A stretch of 64,000 nt of DNA from Candidatus Nomurabacteria bacterium. Its GTDB lineage: Bacteria; Patescibacteriota; Minisyncoccia; Phycocordibacterales; CAIZLB01. The first letter of the stretch is position 1; every line of letters begins with the position of its first letter. Below are positions 59,932-64,000 of the stretch, one piece after another. Location of the stretch: positions 27,783 to 91,782 of the forward strand of contig CALRFG010000002.1 in NCBI GenBank assembly GCA_943356525.1, written 5' to 3'. Under the pieces are notes generated by a model. The model was not told the DNA's origin, searched no databases, and saw nothing but the letters and a program-made list of their open reading frames with translations. The translations under genes and the position numbers were made by a program.

Positions 59932-61374
59932 ATGATAATTATGATACTATTGACATCTAAATATATTAAAAATAAACATAAAAACGAAAATAACATGATC
60001 AAATCACATGGACGAAAGTCAAAAATAATTGCCAAAATAGCAGATAACAATGCAGAACCAGAATACTTAAAATCTCTAATAGAGGCAGGAGTTGATGTTA
60101 TGTGGTTAAATACAGCTCATCAGGGAGAAGAAGAGGCTATGAAGGTAGTTGAAGATATACGTGCTGTTTCTGATCAAAAGATGTGTATATTACTAGATAC
60201 AAAAGGTCCAGAAACTAGAACAAAAGGAATAGAAAACCCTATGGAGATTAAGAAAGATGAGTATGTTATTTTTACAGGAGATCTAACCCAGATAGCCACA
60301 CAATCAGATAAAAAAGTTATCGGTGTTGATTATTCAAATTTTCATAATGAAATACCAGTAGGTGAACTTATAAGTTATGATGACAACTCTGTGTCATTTA
60401 TTGTTGAAGAAATTGTTGACGGTGGTATAAAATGTATTGTTAAAAACGATGGAGTTATAAAAAGTAAAAAAAGCTTAAATGTACCAAATGTGCATATCAA
60501 TCTTCCTTCACTTACACCAAAAGATGTAGGTTTTATACATTTTTGTGCAAAGAATAATATAGATTTTGTTATACATTCATTTGTTAGAAATATTCAAGAT
60601 TTAAATGATATAAAAAATATTCTTAAAGATTATCCTGAATATAAAGGTAAGATTATTGCCAAAATAGAAAACCGTGAAGGTTTTGACAATAGAGAAGAGA
60701 TATTAGATAACTGTGACGGACTAATGGTAGCAAGAGGTGACCTTATGGCCGAAGTACCGCTTGAAGAGCTTCCTTATATGCAGAAGAAAATGGTTGAATC
60801 AACTTTGAAAAAAGGAAAATACTGTATAGTTGCAACTCAAGTTCTTAAAAATATGGTCAAAAATCCATCCCCAACAAGGGCTGAAGTTCTCGATATTGGT
60901 AATTCTGTGCTTGATGGAACTCATGGTATATCTATGAGTGATGAAACAGCTTTTGGTGATTATCCTCTTGAGGCTACAAACGTAATGCATCGTGTTATGA
61001 AATATACAGAAGATAAAAGAGATGAACTTGTACACTTTAAGGCAGAACCTGTTTCAACTTTACCTATGTTTACTTTGGCTAAAGAAGTGGTTGAAAAAGC
61101 TAAGTCAGCTAAAGTCACAGCTATAGTTACAAAGATCTCTCTAGAAGCAAATAAAGCCCTATCATCATATCATCCAAACGTAGCTGTTTATGCAGGAACA
61201 GATGATATTATGGATTTTCGAAATATGACTATGGGTTATGCATTAGTACCGGTTCTTTTTACAACAGGATCAGTTATAGAGCTTAAAGATTTGATAGGAT
61301 TTGATCCACAAGATAAAGTTCTAGTTTGTGAAGAGGTTGACGGAAAATTGACCTATAACATCATAAATCAGTAG
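59932..61374 (+). CDS. pyk: pyruvate kinase
   Basis: family similarity. Confidence 0.88.
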   Translation: MIIMILLTSKYIKNKHKNENNMIKSHGRKSKIIAKIADNNAEPEYLKSLIEAGVDVMWLNTAHQGEEEAMKVVEDIRAVSDQKMCILLDTKGPETRTKGIENPMEIKKDEYVIFTGDLTQIATQSDKKVIGVDYSNFHNEIPVGELISYDDNSVSFIVEEIVDGGIKCIVKNDGVIKSKKSLNVPNVHINLPSLTPKDVGFIHFCAKNNIDFVIHSFVRNIQDLNDIKNILKDYPEYKGKIIAKIENREGFDNREEILDNCDGLMVARGDLMAEVPLEELPYMQKKMVESTLKKGKYCIVATQVLKNMVKNPSPTRAEVLDIGNSVLDGTHGISMSDETAFGDYPLEATNVMHRVMKYTEDKRDELVHFKAEPVSTLPMFTLAKEVVEKAKSAKVTAIVTKISLEANKALSSYHPNVAVYAGTDDIMDFRNMTMGYALVPVLFTTGSVIELKDLIGFDPQDKVLVCEEVDGKLTYNIINQ

Positions 61375-61496
61375 TTAATTCTTGTTTATTTTATATAGTA
61401 AGCCTCTACGTAGACCTATTTTTCTAAAAATAGGTCTAGGACTGAAACAAAACTAAATAAAATAAACAATCTTGACCACTGTGATATAATAGAAAA

Positions 61497-62303
61497 GTGT
61501 CAAAAGAAAAAATATCAAAAAAAAATAATACATCTATAAAATCACCTTATTTTGAAATACATAATGGTGATTTGGTATTTATTGAAAATTCCGCAAGTTA
61601 CAACAACTCATCCTTTTCTTCAAAAGTTTATCCTTTAAAAGTGAGAGATTTGCCTGAAAAAGATAAACCCAGAGAAAAGCTTTTGGATTCTGGTCCAAAG
61701 TCTCTAGGTTTAGCTGAACTATTGGCCGTTGTGCTTATGACTGGAACCAAAAAAGAAGATGTTTTGTCTATGTCATCTCGTGTTATAAAAGAGTATGGAA
61801 AAAGTATATTTTCAAACCCGTCTCTTGATTTAAGAAAAATTTCTGTTGATATGGATATACCTTTGACAAAGATTTGTCAGATTATTGCTTGTGGCGAACT
61901 AGGTAAAAGATTGTTTGACAAAAATATAAATGGTGTAAAAACTATCAGGACATCTGATGATGTTTATGAGTATACAAAGGATATGCATGGTTTATCTAAA
62001 GAGCATTTGAGAGGACTTTATCTTGATACACATAATAGGATCATTCATGATGAGGTTTTGTCTATAGGTACTGTAAACAGTAGCATTATACATGCTCGTG
62101 AAGTATTCAAACCTGCTATAGAATACGGTGCAGCAGCATTTATACTTGTACACAATCATCCGTCAGGTATATCGACACCCTCTGAGTCAGATAAGAGTAT
62201 AACAGAACAGATAATACAAGCAGGTAAAGTCTTAGGAATATCTTTATTGGATCATGTGGTCGTAGCTAGGGATAATTTTAACAGTGTTCCTGTCGAATAT
62301 TAA
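61497..62303 (+). CDS. radC: RadC-like JAB-domain protein
   Basis: HNHPSG motif. Confidence 0.85.
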   Translation: MSKEKISKKNNTSIKSPYFEIHNGDLVFIENSASYNNSSFSSKVYPLKVRDLPEKDKPREKLLDSGPKSLGLAELLAVVLMTGTKKEDVLSMSSRVIKEYGKSIFSNPSLDLRKISVDMDIPLTKICQIIACGELGKRLFDKNINGVKTIRTSDDVYEYTKDMHGLSKEHLRGLYLDTHNRIIHDEVLSIGTVNSSIIHAREVFKPAIEYGAAAFILVHNHPSGISTPSESDKSITEQIIQAGKVLGISLLDHVVVARDNFNSVPVEY

Positions 62304-62994
62304 TTTAAACATTATGCAAGGAAAACTTTATATAGTAGCAACACCGATAGGAAACAAAGATGATATAACAATTCGGGCTATTTCGACATTGACTGCAGTT
62401 GATGTTATTGCAGCAGAAGATACAAGAGTTACATCAAAACTTTTAGGTTTGCTGTCTATACCAAAAAAACAGATAATTTCTATAAACGAGTTTTCAACAG
62501 AAGAAAATTTTGATTATATTTTAAAATTTATTAAAGAAGGTAAAAACGTTGCTTATGTGTCAGATGCAGGTACTCCTGGTATATCAGATCCGGGTGCTAT
62601 GCTGGTGTCTTTCTGTAGGAGAAATGATACAGAAATTATTCCTATTCCAGGTGTGTCTGCCATAGCTACAGCTATGTCAGTCGCAGGGATACGTGAAAGC
62701 CCTTTTTTATTTTATGGATTTTTACCACATAAAAAAGGTCGTAAAAAAATATTAACAGAATTATTGACTGGGGATAAAAATATTATACTTTATGAATCAG
62801 TTCATAGATTTTTAAAATTATTAGATGAGATTTTTGAGATAGATAATAATCAAGAGTTATTCGTCGGTAGAGAATTAACAAAAATGTTTGAAGATATAAA
62901 AGTTGATACAATAGATAATATAAAAAAATATTATGATGAAAATCCAACAAAATTAAAAGGTGAATTTGTGGTAATAATTAAAAATAACAAATAA
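62284..62994 (+). CDS. rsmI: 16S rRNA 2'-O-methyltransferase RsmI
   Basis: LYIVATPIGN. Confidence 0.85.
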   Translation: MFLSNINLNIMQGKLYIVATPIGNKDDITIRAISTLTAVDVIAAEDTRVTSKLLGLLSIPKKQIISINEFSTEENFDYILKFIKEGKNVAYVSDAGTPGISDPGAMLVSFCRRNDTEIIPIPGVSAIATAMSVAGIRESPFLFYGFLPHKKGRKKILTELLTGDKNIILYESVHRFLKLLDEIFEIDNNQELFVGRELTKMFEDIKVDTIDNIKKYYDENPTKLKGEFVVIIKNNK

Positions 62995-62995
62995 G

Positions 62996-63658
62996 ATGAT
63001 ATCCCAGTATATAGATATTTTTATGCAATATATGTCTTTACATTCAGAATTTCTGACTTTGTATTTTCCAATACTTGTTTTTTTGGTAGCTCTTATAGAG
63101 TCTATACCAGGACTTGGTACTGTAACGCCTGGTACATTATTATTTCTTTTTTTTGGATTTTCTGCCTACAGCCTAGATCTAAATATTTCTCTTATGATAT
63201 TTGCCGCCACTTTAGGTGCTATAATGGGAGATGTTATAAGTTATTTGTTAGGTAAATACGGTTCTAGTTTTTTATTAAAACATAAAAAGATTTTAAAAAT
63301 GTCTCACATAGAAGACGGTAAGAAATTCTTCTCAAATCACGGTGTAAAAAGTATTTTTATAGGTCGTTTTATAGGTCCTATAAGATCTGTTCTACCACTT
63401 ATTGCTGGGAGTATTTCTATGAATTTTTCAAGATTTATGTTTTACAATATATTGTCTGCTTTTATGTGGGTATTAGTTTACATATCAATGGGTTATTATT
63501 TTGGTAGCTATTTTAGACAGATAGAGAATTTTGTTTCAAATACAGGTATGATATTATCAATCTTGATAATAGTGTCACTGGCTTACTACTATTATTTTAA
63601 AAAAGATAAAGATAAAAATAAAGATAAAAATATAGATAAAAAAAATGAGAATTTATAA
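62996..63658 (+). CDS. DedA/VTT-family membrane protein
   Basis: family similarity. Confidence 0.75.
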   Translation: MISQYIDIFMQYMSLHSEFLTLYFPILVFLVALIESIPGLGTVTPGTLLFLFFGFSAYSLDLNISLMIFAATLGAIMGDVISYLLGKYGSSFLLKHKKILKMSHIEDGKKFFSNHGVKSIFIGRFIGPIRSVLPLIAGSISMNFSRFMFYNILSAFMWVLVYISMGYYFGSYFRQIENFVSNTGMILSILIIVSLAYYYYFKKDKDKNKDKNIDKKNENL

Positions 63659-64000
63659 ACCATTTAATCTTAAACATAGTCATAAGCCGCTAGGTGATCA
63701 ACCTGCTGCGATAGAATCTTTAGTTCGCGGTATAAAAAATGGTAAAAAACATCAGACTCTACTTGGTGCAACTGGTACTGGTAAAACTTTTACCATAGCC
63801 AATGTTATACAACAAATACAAAAACCAACACTTGTTATAGCGCACAATAAAACTTTGGCTGCTCAGTTAGCTCAAGAGTTTAAAGAATTTTTTCCTGACA
63901 ATGAAGTGCATTATTTTGTTTCATACTACGACTATTATCAACCTGAAGCTTATGTATCGCACTCAGATACATATATAGAAAAAGAAGCTCAGATCAATGA
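63644..64000 (+). CDS. uvrB: excinuclease ABC subunit B (3'-partial; not in ORF track)
   Basis: [17 protein letters not shown] Walker A. Confidence 0.85.

Overview
This is an AT-rich bacterial chromosomal window, roughly 30% G+C by eye. Genes are densely packed, mostly on the + strand, and long conserved ORFs are uninterrupted, so the standard code (TGA as stop) is in use. Gene content and style point to a small-genome, CPR/Patescibacteria-like organism (inference): many small membrane or secreted proteins with pilin-like N-termini, TATAAT boxes ~6-9 nt upstream of ATG, and no clear Shine-Dalgarno sequences.

Core content includes rpoC (5'-partial), a beta-CASP MBL ribonuclease, prfB (RF2), nrdB with an N-terminal ATP-cone plus an ATP-cone-less nrdA, and a cryptochrome/photolyase gene cluster. 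It also carries a MATE exporter, a Kef-type antiporter, infC-rpmI-rplT, ctpA, rplI, tgt, dnaE, rpmF, a nusB-Nudix fusion, rnc, an OmpR-type response regulator, obg, gatB, gap, rpiB, rpe-like, a transketolase N-terminal subunit and scpA/scpB. A rearranged dcw block follows (mraY-ftsW-murG, then mraZ-rsmH-ftsL-ftsI), then pyk, radC, rsmI, dedA and a 3'-partial uvrB. Two tRNAs are present: tRNA-Gln(CUG) and a type-II Ser-like tRNA with an apparent ACU anticodon.

The most striking accessory feature lies at ~8.2-14.9 kb. Immediately 3' of tRNA-Gln sits a ~6.7 kb array of single-gene cassettes encoding paralogous membrane or secreted proteins, several pilin-like. Each cassette is followed by a copy of a repeat that is a diverged duplicate of the tRNA-Gln 3' half plus trailer (at least 8 copies). 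Cassettes are preceded by one of two conserved promoter/5' modules. No integrase is visible.

Other notable items are two higher-GC insertions (6.2-7.6 kb and 55.8-56.3 kb), a candidate promoter-to-terminator sRNA or leader (7.64-7.86 kb), and three perfect palindromes embedded in-frame in an ORF6N-domain gene. There is also a phased TAAAGAAAA repeat array in the response-regulator/obg divergent promoter, and a poly-T frameshift splitting a pilin-like gene. No CRISPR array, transposase or integrase was recognised.
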